Positions 37,734 through 47,966 of a stretch of 64,000 nucleotides of DNA are shown here, in pieces. Origin of the DNA: Tubulanus polymorphus (Eukaryota > Animalia > Nemertea); the NCBI RefSeq assembly GCF_964204645.1, contig NC_134034.1, forward strand, positions 2,356,072-2,420,071, given 5' to 3'. The notes under the pieces were generated by a model, which searched no databases, had not been told where the DNA came from, and saw nothing but the letters and a program-made list of their open reading frames with translations. How positions within the stretch are numbered: position 1 is the stretch's first letter; each line of letters starts with the position of its first letter. A program made the translations under genes and the position numbers.

Positions 37734-40700
37734 TTACGATATATTAGTATTTCTGATTTTATTTTCTCTTCTAAACTTTGCTATTTGATTTTTAAATTCT
37801 AGTATAGGGGGTATAGGTATAACGTTTTTATGCTTAGTTTGGTTTCTGTGTTTCCAAATGATGAATTTATAGGTTGTGATAAATATATTGGCGTTGTTCT
37901 CAGCCTGTTTGTCTTTGTACTTAAATTTAGGATGAAAGAAAAATATCAGTTCCCTATCGAGGGTATTGTTCAATAAGGTATCTGAACTCGTATTTTTCAG
38001 ATATTCAAGCAGAGAAGTTTTTATGGGTTGTATATGTTGACACAGTATAAAGGTGTGATCTAAGGTTTCTTTTTGATTACAGTGTGGGCAGAAGGCAATG
38101 TATTTACCCTTTGACATGGGTAGTACATCATGTACAATCCTGTAGTTCAGTTCCTGGAAGTTGTCAGGCATTGTTTTTGACCAGATGATTTTCCAAATCT
38201 TTTCGTTGATTAGATGAGGGTTTCTTCTTTGGATGTTAATTTTAATTTTTTCAAATTTAATAAGGTGTAGGTATAGAGTTTTCAAAGTGTCTGTCGGTTG
38301 GGTCAGGTCATATCCATTGTCTTTGATCTCTTGTTGTAGTAGATTGAGTATCTGATAGTCTGGTCGAGTGGTTAGTTTTAATGGAATGTGTCTTATATCA
38401 ATATTAGGGATAATTTTCTTGATCTTTAATGATCCAAAGGCATAAATAGTGAAGTCAGCCCATTGTGGATATATGTGTTGCATGGTTAGCTGTTTTAGTC
38501 TAATAATTTTTTGGAAGAGGTGTGCTTTGGCTTTTTGTTTTATATTCGTAACTCCACATCCTCCTTTATCTAATGGTAGGTACATTGTTTCTCGAGATAT
38601 TGTCGGCATTTTATTGTTCCAAATGAAGTTAAATAATTCTCCTTGGAGTTTTTGTTCATACATTTGGGGGAGTGGGATAAATTTTGTTATGTACCATAGT
38701 GTGCTGAGAATATAAGTGTTAGCTAAAGTCGCTCTCTGTCTAAAGTTGATGTTTCTAATTGTCATTATTTTAAAAGTATTAGTAATTTTTTCCAAGAGAG
38801 GTGTCCATAATTCTGAATTTGTCACTTTCCCAATTTTTAGTCCTAAAATCTTAATAAAGTCTTTAATATATTCTGTCGGGTATATATATTGTGGTTTAGG
38901 GTTTATCGAAAGTATTTCTGTTTTTACGGTATTTATTTTGGAGCCGGAGGCTTTACTGTATTCGTTAAAAGTTTCAAAGGTCGCATGCATCTCATTTGGA
39001 GATCTAATAAAAACATTCGTGTCGTCAGCATATTGGGTTAGTTTAGTTAAATTTTTACCGCCAGGATGCATTATACCAGAGATATTGGGGTTTTTCCTTA
39101 TCATATTGCCTAGAGGTTCGATACATAAAACATATAATAACATCGATAAGGGACACCCTTGTCTTACTCCCCTTTGAATTTCTACAATATCGGTTAGTTC
39201 ATTGTTGATAATGATTTTAGATTTGGGTTTTTCGTAAAGGATGTGTATCCATTTCTGGAAGTTTGGTCCGAAATTATATTTACTAATTACTTTAAAGAGG
39301 AAGTTATGGTTTACTCGGTCAAAGGCTTTTTCCTGATCTAAAGACATTATAGCTGCATGTGTATTAGTGTTTCGGATATATTGAAAGATATCTTGGGCCA
39401 GATATATATTATCAAAGATTTGTCGTCCAGGAATGCCACATGTTTGGTCAGGATGGACAATTTCTCCTAAAACTGTTTTCAATCTTGCAGCTAAAACTTT
39501 TGTTAGTATTTTATAATCCACATTTAACAACGAAATTGGACGCCAATTTTTTAAAAGTTCCAAATCACCTTTTTTTGGAATAATTTTTATATAAGCTAGT
39601 TGTTGCGATTCTGTGAGGGATTGAGCGAGGAAGATGTTATTATACAGTTCAGTTAATTCTTCTCCTATGTTTTTCCAAAAAGTCAAATAAAATTCTTTAG
39701 GTAGTCCGTCTGGTCCAGGCGTTTTATTGTTTTTCATGTCAGTTAGTGCTTTAAAAATTTCATCGGTAGTTATAAAATCTTCTAAACGGTCCGCATTTTC
39801 TTGTGTTAGTGTTTTATCTATATAATTAGTAATTTCCTCTTGTTTGGCATCGTTCAGGTTTTCTTTGGTATATAGGTCTTGATAGTATTCTTGTGCGATC
39901 TTTTTAATTTCTTCAGTGTTTTGGGTCGGGTCATTGTTTTTATTTTTCAAGGTTTCAATGATAGTGTTTTTATTTTTGGAGTCCAAAAGTCTCTTAATAT
40001 AAATGGGACTGCTTTCGTCTTCAAAGTAATTGTCAGATTTGCTTTTAATTTCATTTCCTTTATTTTTATGGGAGAGTATAGTATTGAGTTCTTTTTTAAT
40101 ATTGTTTATTTCGGTTGCTAATGTTTCGCTAGGAGTGTCATTATATTGCTGGGATTTCAAAGTTAGTTCTTCGTCAAGACTGTTTTCTGCTAATTTATAT
40201 TTTTGGGCTTGTTCTATAGTGACTTTATTAATGGATCTTTTAAATTTTTCTTTTAAATTGTCCCAGGCGTCGCGTGCAGTCATGTGTTTTTTAGTGTAGT
40301 TTCTGTAATGATTAATATCGGCTTTAATTGATTGTTTAAGTTTCTTATTTTCTAATATGCTAACGTTGCATTTCCAGAGTGCAAAGTTTTTGTTTTTAGG
40401 TCGTAAATTACTAGTAGAGATTGGATCCAGAAATGGTATTTCGATTTGAACTGCCTGGTGGTCGGTAAAAGCTATTGGAAAATGTCTTATAGTTGTTTCT
40501 AAAATGCGTGAGTCGTTGGTATAAAATCTGTCTAATCGGCTAGAGGCGAGTCTATAGACAGATTTTCCTCTAGGCATTCGTGTGTAAATAGTTTTATTGG
40601 GATATTGGTGTCTGAATATATCTATGAGTTTATTATTTTCCAAAAATTGACTAAAGAATTCTCGTATACGTGTATAGCTGGGATCTAACTTATTTTTCGA

Positions 40701-41168
40701 GCTATCTAGGGGGTTGAGTATAATATTAAAGTCTCCAGCGAAAATAGTGGGGGTATTATCAACGCTAATTTTTTGTTCGAGGACTTTATAGAATTCTGAT
40801 TTTTGAAGATTTATAGCCGGGTTGTATATATTAATAATTCTTAATTTTGAGTTGCTAGTTTTATTTGTTAAATAGATGTGTGATAGTCGTCCTGGTATTA
40901 AAATCTGAAAGGTTATATAGTGTTCGGCTGCTATTATGTTGGGGATTAGAAAGATGGTTCCAGCCTGCTGTTTCGTGCCTGGGTTGTTAAAAATATGGTT
41001 GTTAGTCTTGTTTTCAAGGTATTTGATCGTTCTTTCAGGGGGGTTGTGGGTTTCTTGTAGTAGGATAATTGGTTTTCTAAATTTTTTAATTTGTGCGACA
41101 ATGTCTGGAATTTTGGTTGATAAGCCCTCAGTATTGAGGGTAACTACGTTTAGAGGATTTAGATCCAT
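37734..41168 (-). CDS. ORF2: APE endonuclease + reverse transcriptase + C-terminal zinc finger (1144 aa)
   Basis: Motifs TLNTEGL, LQETH, IYNP, AGDFN, SRLDRFY, TDH; PGPDG, WRPISLLNVDYKIL, LDQEKAFDRV, GVRQGCPLS, QYADD; CPHC...ETLDHTFILC. Confidence 0.97.
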   Translation of the reverse strand: MDLNPLNVVTLNTEGLSTKIPDIVAQIKKFRKPIILLQETHNPPERTIKYLENKTNNHIFNNPGTKQQAGTIFLIPNIIAAEHYITFQILIPGRLSHIYLTNKTSNSKLRIINIYNPAINLQKSEFYKVLEQKISVDNTPTIFAGDFNIILNPLDSSKNKLDPSYTRIREFFSQFLENNKLIDIFRHQYPNKTIYTRMPRGKSVYRLASSRLDRFYTNDSRILETTIRHFPIAFTDHQAVQIEIPFLDPISTSNLRPKNKNFALWKCNVSILENKKLKQSIKADINHYRNYTKKHMTARDAWDNLKEKFKRSINKVTIEQAQKYKLAENSLDEELTLKSQQYNDTPSETLATEINNIKKELNTILSHKNKGNEIKSKSDNYFEDESSPIYIKRLLDSKNKNTIIETLKNKNNDPTQNTEEIKKIAQEYYQDLYTKENLNDAKQEEITNYIDKTLTQENADRLEDFITTDEIFKALTDMKNNKTPGPDGLPKEFYLTFWKNIGEELTELYNNIFLAQSLTESQQLAYIKIIPKKGDLELLKNWRPISLLNVDYKILTKVLAARLKTVLGEIVHPDQTCGIPGRQIFDNIYLAQDIFQYIRNTNTHAAIMSLDQEKAFDRVNHNFLFKVISKYNFGPNFQKWIHILYEKPKSKIIINNELTDIVEIQRGVRQGCPLSMLLYVLCIEPLGNMIRKNPNISGIMHPGGKNLTKLTQYADDTNVFIRSPNEMHATFETFNEYSKASGSKINTVKTEILSINPKPQYIYPTEYIKDFIKILGLKIGKVTNSELWTPLLEKITNTFKIMTIRNINFRQRATLANTYILSTLWYITKFIPLPQMYEQKLQGELFNFIWNNKMPTISRETMYLPLDKGGCGVTNIKQKAKAHLFQKIIRLKQLTMQHIYPQWADFTIYAFGSLKIKKIIPNIDIRHIPLKLTTRPDYQILNLLQQEIKDNGYDLTQPTDTLKTLYLHLIKFEKIKINIQRRNPHLINEKIWKIIWSKTMPDNFQELNYRIVHDVLPMSKGKYIAFCPHCNQKETLDHTFILCQHIQPIKTSLLEYLKNTSSDTLLNNTLDRELIFFFHPKFKYKDKQAENNANIFITTYKFIIWKHRNQTKHKNVIPIPPILEFKNQIAKFRRENKIRNTNIS

Positions 41169-41179
41169 GAAGATTTAAT

Positions 41180-42178
41180 TTAGACTTCAACAAATTGTAT
41201 GTTCTTTGTGGAGGTTTTCTTTCTTTTATCTATTTTTTCTTCGGGTGTGCTTCTCGGTCTTTTTGGGGTCGATGTTAGAGCCTGGCTCGACACACGAGGT
41301 TCGGCTTTATCATCATACGATCGTGTCCTAGGGGGATATATCGGTAGGTCGATCATATCTTTGTATATTTGGATATTATGGTCTACATCCAAGGTATATT
41401 CGGTTTGTTGGGATAATGGAGGTGGGAGCTCAAATTCCTGATCGTTTAGCTCATCGGCTTCCTCGATACTAGGTTCGGGGAGCGGTATTTGAGCCGGTTC
41501 TTGGGAAGGCTCCTCTACAGCATGTGGTATAACTACCGCTTGGGCATACGTTAGATGCTGTTGGTGATCTTGTGTTGCGGCTGCATCTTTCGGGCAGTCC
41601 TTTGCTATGTGTCCCCTCTCGCGACATACATAGCAAAGAGGAGGTTGAACTATCTGGCCATCGTACTTGACCGTGATTCGGGCTTTTTTAACGTACATGG
41701 TACGATTTATAGGTTTGTCTATGTAGCCCTTGAAGTGACGGACTCCCGAAAAAATTTGCGGGTAGTCTTTGAGGACTCCTCTTTTATGCGAAAGGGTCAT
41801 AAACCCATATTTTTCGTTAAGTTTCTTGGCAATATCTTGGCTTGCCAGTTCAAAAGGTGCACCATATATGTGAAGCCACACAAAGGGTTTCGTGTCGGAT
41901 GTTACGTTGGGTGCACGTTGAAAATTTATTCGGGTGCCTTTAATTGAGGGTATCTTATATTTTATTTCTCTTAGAAGTCCTCCAATCGTTCTGGAGTCAG
42001 TAAAACTGACCTCATAAATGTTGTCGGACGTTCTCGACACTTGGCATATTTCAGAGATTTCGATGTCGTACTGTTGGAGGAGTTTAATTATTTCTGTCTG
42101 ATTAATGTGCCTATTGTCATTATCGTCAGGCTCAGGCTCTAAAATCAGGGTAGCTGACCTGTCTAAGAGGGTAGTCAT
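41180..42178 (-). CDS. ORF1: nucleic-acid chaperone with a single CCHC zinc knuckle
   Basis: First ATG at 42178 (MTTLLDRS); CYVCRERGHIAKDC knuckle; acidic/Pro-rich then basic C-terminus; 11-nt spacer to ORF2. Confidence 0.9.
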   Translation of the reverse strand: MTTLLDRSATLILEPEPDDNDNRHINQTEIIKLLQQYDIEISEICQVSRTSDNIYEVSFTDSRTIGGLLREIKYKIPSIKGTRINFQRAPNVTSDTKPFVWLHIYGAPFELASQDIAKKLNEKYGFMTLSHKRGVLKDYPQIFSGVRHFKGYIDKPINRTMYVKKARITVKYDGQIVQPPLCYVCRERGHIAKDCPKDAAATQDHQQHLTYAQAVVIPHAVEEPSQEPAQIPLPEPSIEEADELNDQEFELPPPLSQQTEYTLDVDHNIQIYKDMIDLPIYPPRTRSYDDKAEPRVSSQALTSTPKRPRSTPEEKIDKRKKTSTKNIQFVEV

Positions 42179-42533
42179 AGTGCGTCTGATATATATATAT
42201 ATAAGTGCGAAGAGACAAAAGGTTATAATTTTAACAAACAATATAACAATTGACAGAGAAAATGTTAATGTAATAACTTTTAATTTTCAAAATGATATGA
42301 ACATGAAAAAGGTGCACTACAAAGTGAAAAGATTTCACCGATAATGAGTGTCTCCAGCTAGATTATGCTCCAGTCCGGTATCGAAGAGCTGATATATATC
42401 CGCTAAGTCTGCGAATTAGCACTGTTACAAGTATGGTATAATCCAGTAATCCAAAAGTGGTTTTGATGAAAAACTATGCACCTGGGAGTGGCGCGGAAGG
42501 CGCTACGTAAAAGCGACTAACACAACGCTAAGC

Positions 42534-42590
42534 TCCTTTACCGCCCTTGCCTCGGCCAGACATGATTAATCGATGATTATTGAGTAGTAT
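42534..42590 (-). other. Histone H4 mRNA 5' fragment (27-nt leader + codons 1-10) at the 5' end of the retrotransposon
   Basis: Minus strand ATACTACTCAATAATCATCGATTAATC ATG TCT GGC CGA GGC AAG GGC GGT AAA GGA = MSGRGKGGKG, the H4 N-terminus. Gly10 favours H4 over H2A. It lies inside the TSDs. Confidence 0.85.
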
Positions 42591-42680
42591 TGGGTCAACC
42601 AGTCTTTGTGCAATGACAGGCCTCGCCATAGGGGCACCGCCTTCCAGATCACGGTGAGCACCCCTGTGCCAGGTAAGTAT
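42591..42680 (-). ncRNA. RNU1: U1 snRNA, 5' half (nt 1-90)
   Basis: ATACTTACCTGGCACAGGGGTGCTCACCGTGATCTGGAAGGCGGTGCCCCTATGGCGAGGCCTGTCATTGCACAAAGACTGGTTGACCCA. Joined to 35116-35189 it gives 164 nt, the canonical U1 length. Confidence 0.95.
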
Positions 42681-42699
42681 GCTTACGTAACGTTCAATA

Positions 42700-42745
42700 T
42701 TTCTATATATACGACTGACCTTCTTGGTACCTGACCGGTGTCCAA
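42700..42745 (-). promoter_or_regulatory. Putative U1 promoter: PSE-like GACACCGGTCAGG at about -62 to -50, TA-rich box at about -30
   Basis: Position relative to U1 +1 (42680) matches snRNA PSE placement; the species consensus is unknown. Confidence 0.4.
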
Positions 42746-43466
42746 ATTATGCAATAAACGATCAATTCTATTCAGTTTTACCAAAATCATTAAAATAATT
42801 ACCTGAAATACCTGGAACGAGTATTTAATGATATTTTGTAGATGTTTATCGTGCTTGGAATATTCTGTTACAATGTGTAAATATACGCAATAAAAATCCA
42901 GCTTTTGGTTACTCCGTTATTTGCCGCTACGTGGCGCTAGTAACGACATCGTTAATTAAACAGCGAGTGTACGCAATGTTAATAACTTAACAAAGAAATT
43001 TAATGAACAATTCTAACTTTTTACATATATCTTTTACTGGGACGAGAAAAATCGTGAATATTTCTGTATGAAAATCCGCGGTAGAAATTCAGTCAATGAC
43101 AATGATTTTAAGTTGATTCACATTTGCAGAGTGTTTTCGATTTCATTTCTTACGACTTCAGTCAACAGATTCGTACCCACGTCGTGAAGTTGAATTTCAA
43201 TGATGCTTCATAAATTTTTGCTACCGTTAAAGGACGTGTGTTTTCTGCAGTGTTGTATAAACATAGCTAATTACGGCCCCGATTAGTCGCGTTGATATTA
43301 CCGAGAATATTGTAGAGGTAATATACGAACGGAGAGTTATTTCGCCGCAGAGTTATTATTACCCCAACAAATTACGACGCTTAACTTATCTGGGTTATAA
43401 AAAGAGAATTTGTCGTTGTGTAATCTAGTGCCATCACATAATCTCGCTGCACCATACACCAGAAAC

Positions 43467-46423
43467 ATGGATCCATTCCGTATGTGTCTATCGATGCTCG
43501 GTATAATCGGCTGCAGTTTTGCCCAGGTATGCGGGGAATCTCGGGGAATCTGATCTTTTCCGTTAAATCGATCTCTTCGGGATCGTGATTAGTTGTTTTT
43601 TTTGGTCTTTTTCGAGGAATTGTGTTCGGATGTTTTGGGGAAAGTGACACAAATCACCGCCCTCGAAGACAAACTGTCGTTAGAAATCGTAATCGAAACT
43701 GGTCTTGAAGTCGAAGTCGTTTGGATTTTGAATCGCGTTCCGATTATTTGTATGTATTTAGCTTAGTTAATTTAATAAATCAAACCGAATACAACTTTCT
43801 ATAGGCTACTTATTGCTTTGGGTTATCAATTGGGGACTCACGACCTCCTGTGGCAATCGAGGATTACCCTTGTGGCAGGCGAGTATCCACCAGGTTCGCT
43901 AGTAGTTACTCGGTCTTCCGCGTGAAAACCGACTGAAATTCTTTTCAGATAAATGAATTATTAATGAAAAACCGATATCTGAGTAGGAAAATGAATCTAT
44001 TTTAATCGGTGGGTCCTTCGATAATCACTCTAAAAATTCGGTTCAAAGTTTATCGAAAATGAACTAATTTTGATAACAGAAGAGTGCGGATCACGCCATC
44101 TGGTGCGATAGCTGGTGTTCCAACGCAGATTCTTCTTTTTCAATTTTGATATTTGACATTCAATTCGATGTTCACATTTAGCTTTTTGAATTCTGGAACC
44201 CTTAATGCAGCTATCTATAGAAATAATTTCTCAAGCAATAACAGGATTCGCTTTCTAATTCTTTAGCTAATGAAAACTACACAATTGCGACGACTCAGGC
44301 GGGAACCACTACCCGGTCAAAGATGTTGGTAGATCGGTCACAGCCGACACATCGAGGAATGTCGTTTCGGGCGTGGGTAGCCCTCAAAGGTTGTCAGACG
44401 CACACATTCGAGGCCAGTTTTTCTACGAGCGATAACCTGCGAAACGAAATCGCGTTAGGTACTATCGAATCTACCCGGGCGGTTCTGTTCATCGAAGACG
44501 ACCCCGGACGAGTAGAGCTGAACGTTCGAGTGACGGTGCCCGCGAACAAAACCGAATTCGATGGATCGCGGCGTAGTCCAGTCGACGCGTACAGATGGCG
44601 CTATCGTTTCACGACGAACGGTACAATAAAGCACACGCAATTGCACAGTTCCGGAAATGGAAATTTCGTCAAATCCTCCTGGCTTTCTGCTGGTGAATTA
44701 TATCGCTACCAAAGATTCAACGTGATAAAATCGCCGGATAGACTACGGGATACGGGTCTGTGTTGCGTGTTCGTGAATTACTACGGTAACTTTCGGAGAT
44801 CTAGGCCGAGTGTACAAACATGCGTCGCCGTACAGACGAGAGCCGATATGGGCGTCGTTAAAGGGATGGATGTACGATTGATGGAAGTGCTCGACAGAAC
44901 GACGAATCCTGGTAACGAAGATACGATCGACGCCTACGGATCCGTACCGTTGGCAGACGGCATGGGTACGTAATGTCCGACGAATGAAATACAAACCGAA
45001 GAATTTCCATTGAAAATTGTTTTTCTTCGTGTTGTCGGTTCGACTTTAAATCGGCTAAAATTGATACTTTGTTCATCTTTTCTGCTGAGGTTTAATTAGT
45101 TAGAGTTGACCCGGCCGGCCGCCTATCTACCCTGTACATTACTTTTAAAAATCATGATCAAGCTAACAATAACAGACCCGGCAGAAATGAACTGATTACA
45201 AATTTCATGCGTTTTGCTAAATAACCTGCCCGATTAGGAGGAACAATGTATCATTTTTCGTTCAAACTAAATGTTAAACTTTCCGATCGAAATTTACAGA
45301 AATTCAAAATACATTTCTAATCGTAGCGAATGGTTTAAAGGTGGCCGTATTCGGCTACCCGGCGCCGCCTATCACAGTTTACAAGGTTCACAACCGCGAA
45401 ATCGTCAAACCAGTAACGGTCGAGAATAACGGGGTCTACACGATGAACTGGTATTATCTACCCGTGAATAAAGACGCGCAGGAGACCTGGACCGCGGAGG
45501 CCGGCAATCAAGGCAGAATAATACCGTTTACTCGTATGAAACCCATCTGGACCCTCGGGAGCCACCGCCAAACTAGATACCTTAAACCGGGCATTCACTA
45601 CGTAAGCGTCTTCTACCAAATTTGGATGAATGTTCAGATATCTTAAGACCAGGATTAGAATTAATTTCGACATCGTATTCAGGAAACTTAAACCAATCTA
45701 ACAATATCATGCTCCCTCCCATATACCGCCACCCCCGCCTACCGCCAGGTTTTCTCAATTTACGTACATCTGTATACAAAGTAAAACACCCCCAATATAC
45801 CACCCTCCCATATACCACCACCCCCGCCTACCGCCAGGTTTTCTCAATGTACATCCCAATACAAATACATACTAACACACCCCCAATATACCACCCTCCC
45901 ATATACCACGACCCCCGCCTACTGCCAGGTTTTCTCAATGTACATCCCAATACAAATACATACTAAAACACCCCCAATATACCGCCCTCCCATATACCAC
46001 GACACCCGCCGATATACCGCCATACTCTCTATACAGCCTTAATCGTTCTGCACCGATGTGGGCGGTATATATCGGGAGTTGACTGTATATGCATGTGTCG
46101 GTAGTATGGAAATTCAAATCGATTTAATTACCGTTGCTCGATTTTCGTTGCAGATCGAATGGACTTGCGCGGCGACCGGCTTCCCCCGCCCGAATATCAC
46201 TTTCTACGAGATGAATTGGCCGTTCAGGAGTTTCGCCAACGTAGCCGAGGACGCTAAACGAGTGATACAAAGCTACAAAACGTTGACATCTACCGACATG
46301 ATCGCCAGCATGGTTCGAATGCACGTTCGCAATAACACGATCGCTAATTTCGCCTGTAAAATTTCTAATTTGTACGAAAATAGGGGCAAGTTGTTGCACG
46401 TTCGTACTTTAGCCTATAAGTAA
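43467..46423 (+). CDS. Secreted immunoglobulin-superfamily protein (~478 aa, no TM segment)
   Basis: TATAAA near 43396. Exons 43467-43526 (signal MDPFRMCLSMLGIIGCSFAQ), 43617-43749 (unusual GAG acceptor), 44267-44965, 45327-45601 (VFGYPAPPITVYK), 46154-46423 (WTCAATGFPRPNITF...FACKISN). Phases are consistent throughout. Confidence 0.7.
45710..46030. repeat. Degenerate C-rich ~95-bp tandem repeat in an intron
   Basis: Recurrent caccccaatataccaccctcccatataccac...gccaggttttctcaat. Confidence 0.75.
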
Positions 46424-47966
46424 CTATGAACCGATGAACGGGGTTGGGAGTGAGTGTATTTTCAGAATGAAAAAATTCATATATATAGATATTTTATGTA
46501 ATTCATATACTCAGTATCTGTACACATTTAGTCGTAATAATAATAATTGCCATAATCGTTATTTGCAATGTGCAAGTATACTTTTACAAGTGCGCTTTCC
46601 GTGAGTTCAATGGTATGTGCTGTATGGAGCAAAATCTTTCGGAAATCGTATTCTCGGTGTAAACAATCGCCGATCGATAAAAACAGAAACACAGGAATAA
46701 TGATTTACGTTTTTAAAAGCGCGCAACTGACGACCACGTGTCTGAAATAAATAAAATTCAATTCCGCAATTCGCTGTTTATTGGCAGACGTATCGATAAT
46801 CGGCACCTCTTCAGAGACTAGCCGTCGTTCGTGTCGACGAGTCGCATGTTATCGTCGAGACGCGAAACCAATTGTTCTCATATATCTTTCTCTCGTTAGA
46901 AACAATATTGTATCTATCGAGGTATGAACTGAAACAAAATATTTACTTCCGAGCACTTGGTGTCGACATGAAGCGCGCTTGAGTTGTCTAGACAGACTAA
47001 TAGTGACAACAAACCGATGATTTCTTCCGTTGTCGAAATCAAACAATGGCGGAAATGTTCGATTCGGCTCGAGTACAATTCAGTTCGTTAGCGTCGAGCG
47101 GTGAAAGATATACATTCTTGCCGATCAATTAACTACGAATCACGTGTTGTTGTTTACTGTTTCTCACGGGTCCACGTGACCCGGCGAGCGATGAAGCGGG
47201 AACTCAGCAATCTACTGCGGCAATCGAGGATTTCACTTGTCACCACCGGTAAGTGTCAGTTTTTGACACTTTGATATCTTCTACAATTCGATTGGTATTT
47301 TGTATTGTAACACTCTTGGTTCCCTGTTGTAGCAAGTGAATATCCATCAGGTGTCGGTAATGTGCCATAGCACTGGCAATAGAGGGTAGATAAAAATAAT
47401 GATAATGATGATGATAAAAATGATAACTATAATAATAATAACTATAATAGTGATTATAATAAAAATAATAATGATAGAAATAAGAATACTAAATTGAATT
47501 TCTATAACACAAAGATCCTAATGTGCCTGGAACAATTGACTTCTGAAATGCCTTTTGAAGATTTCCACTTGCGACGAGCGGGATCCACCAGGTGTCACTA
47601 GTGTGCGGTAGGACAGCTACTCGTGCAATTGAGGATTCCACTTCTGACAAACAAGGATCCACGGTCCAAGTGTCGGAGGTGTGGAGTAGCACGTCAGCTA
47701 CGACGAAAATAGAGGGCTGTGGCAAGTGAGGATCCATCAGGTGTCGCTAGCGTGCGTCAGTGCTGAATTTCTACGATTAAATCGGGGAAGTGTCTCATTA
47801 CACTATTACTGCACCCATGATTTTCCAAAATTCAACGAATACCGAATAAAACAAACGTGCCTTGTTTGAATGCATGACGTCGATCTGGTTTTTCTAGAAA
47901 CGTTATTTGTGTAGATTTTTTATATGGGTGGCTAAAGATCCAAATAGCACCCTCTATTGGTAGAGT

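Larger units (their letters stand above)
35204..42590 (-). mobile_element. Full-length L1/Tx1-clade non-LTR retrotransposon (~7.4 kb) inserted in a U1 snRNA gene
   Basis: Poly(A) tail (T-run 35204-35235); TSD tgggtcaaccagtc(ttt) at 35190-35203 and 42591-42604; intact ORF1 and ORF2; ~2.5-kb 3' UTR. Confidence 0.95.

Noticed and set aside
38449-41947. + strand ORFs overlapping the retrotransposon
   Set aside because: Antisense shadows of ORF1/ORF2 with no recognisable motifs.
42528-42563. Functional histone gene
   Set aside because: Only 10 codons followed by GCT TAG; no histone fold and no 3' stem-loop.
43251-43317. Additional coding exon of the Ig gene
   Set aside because: Stops in all three frames and located upstream of the TATA; at most a non-coding alternative exon.
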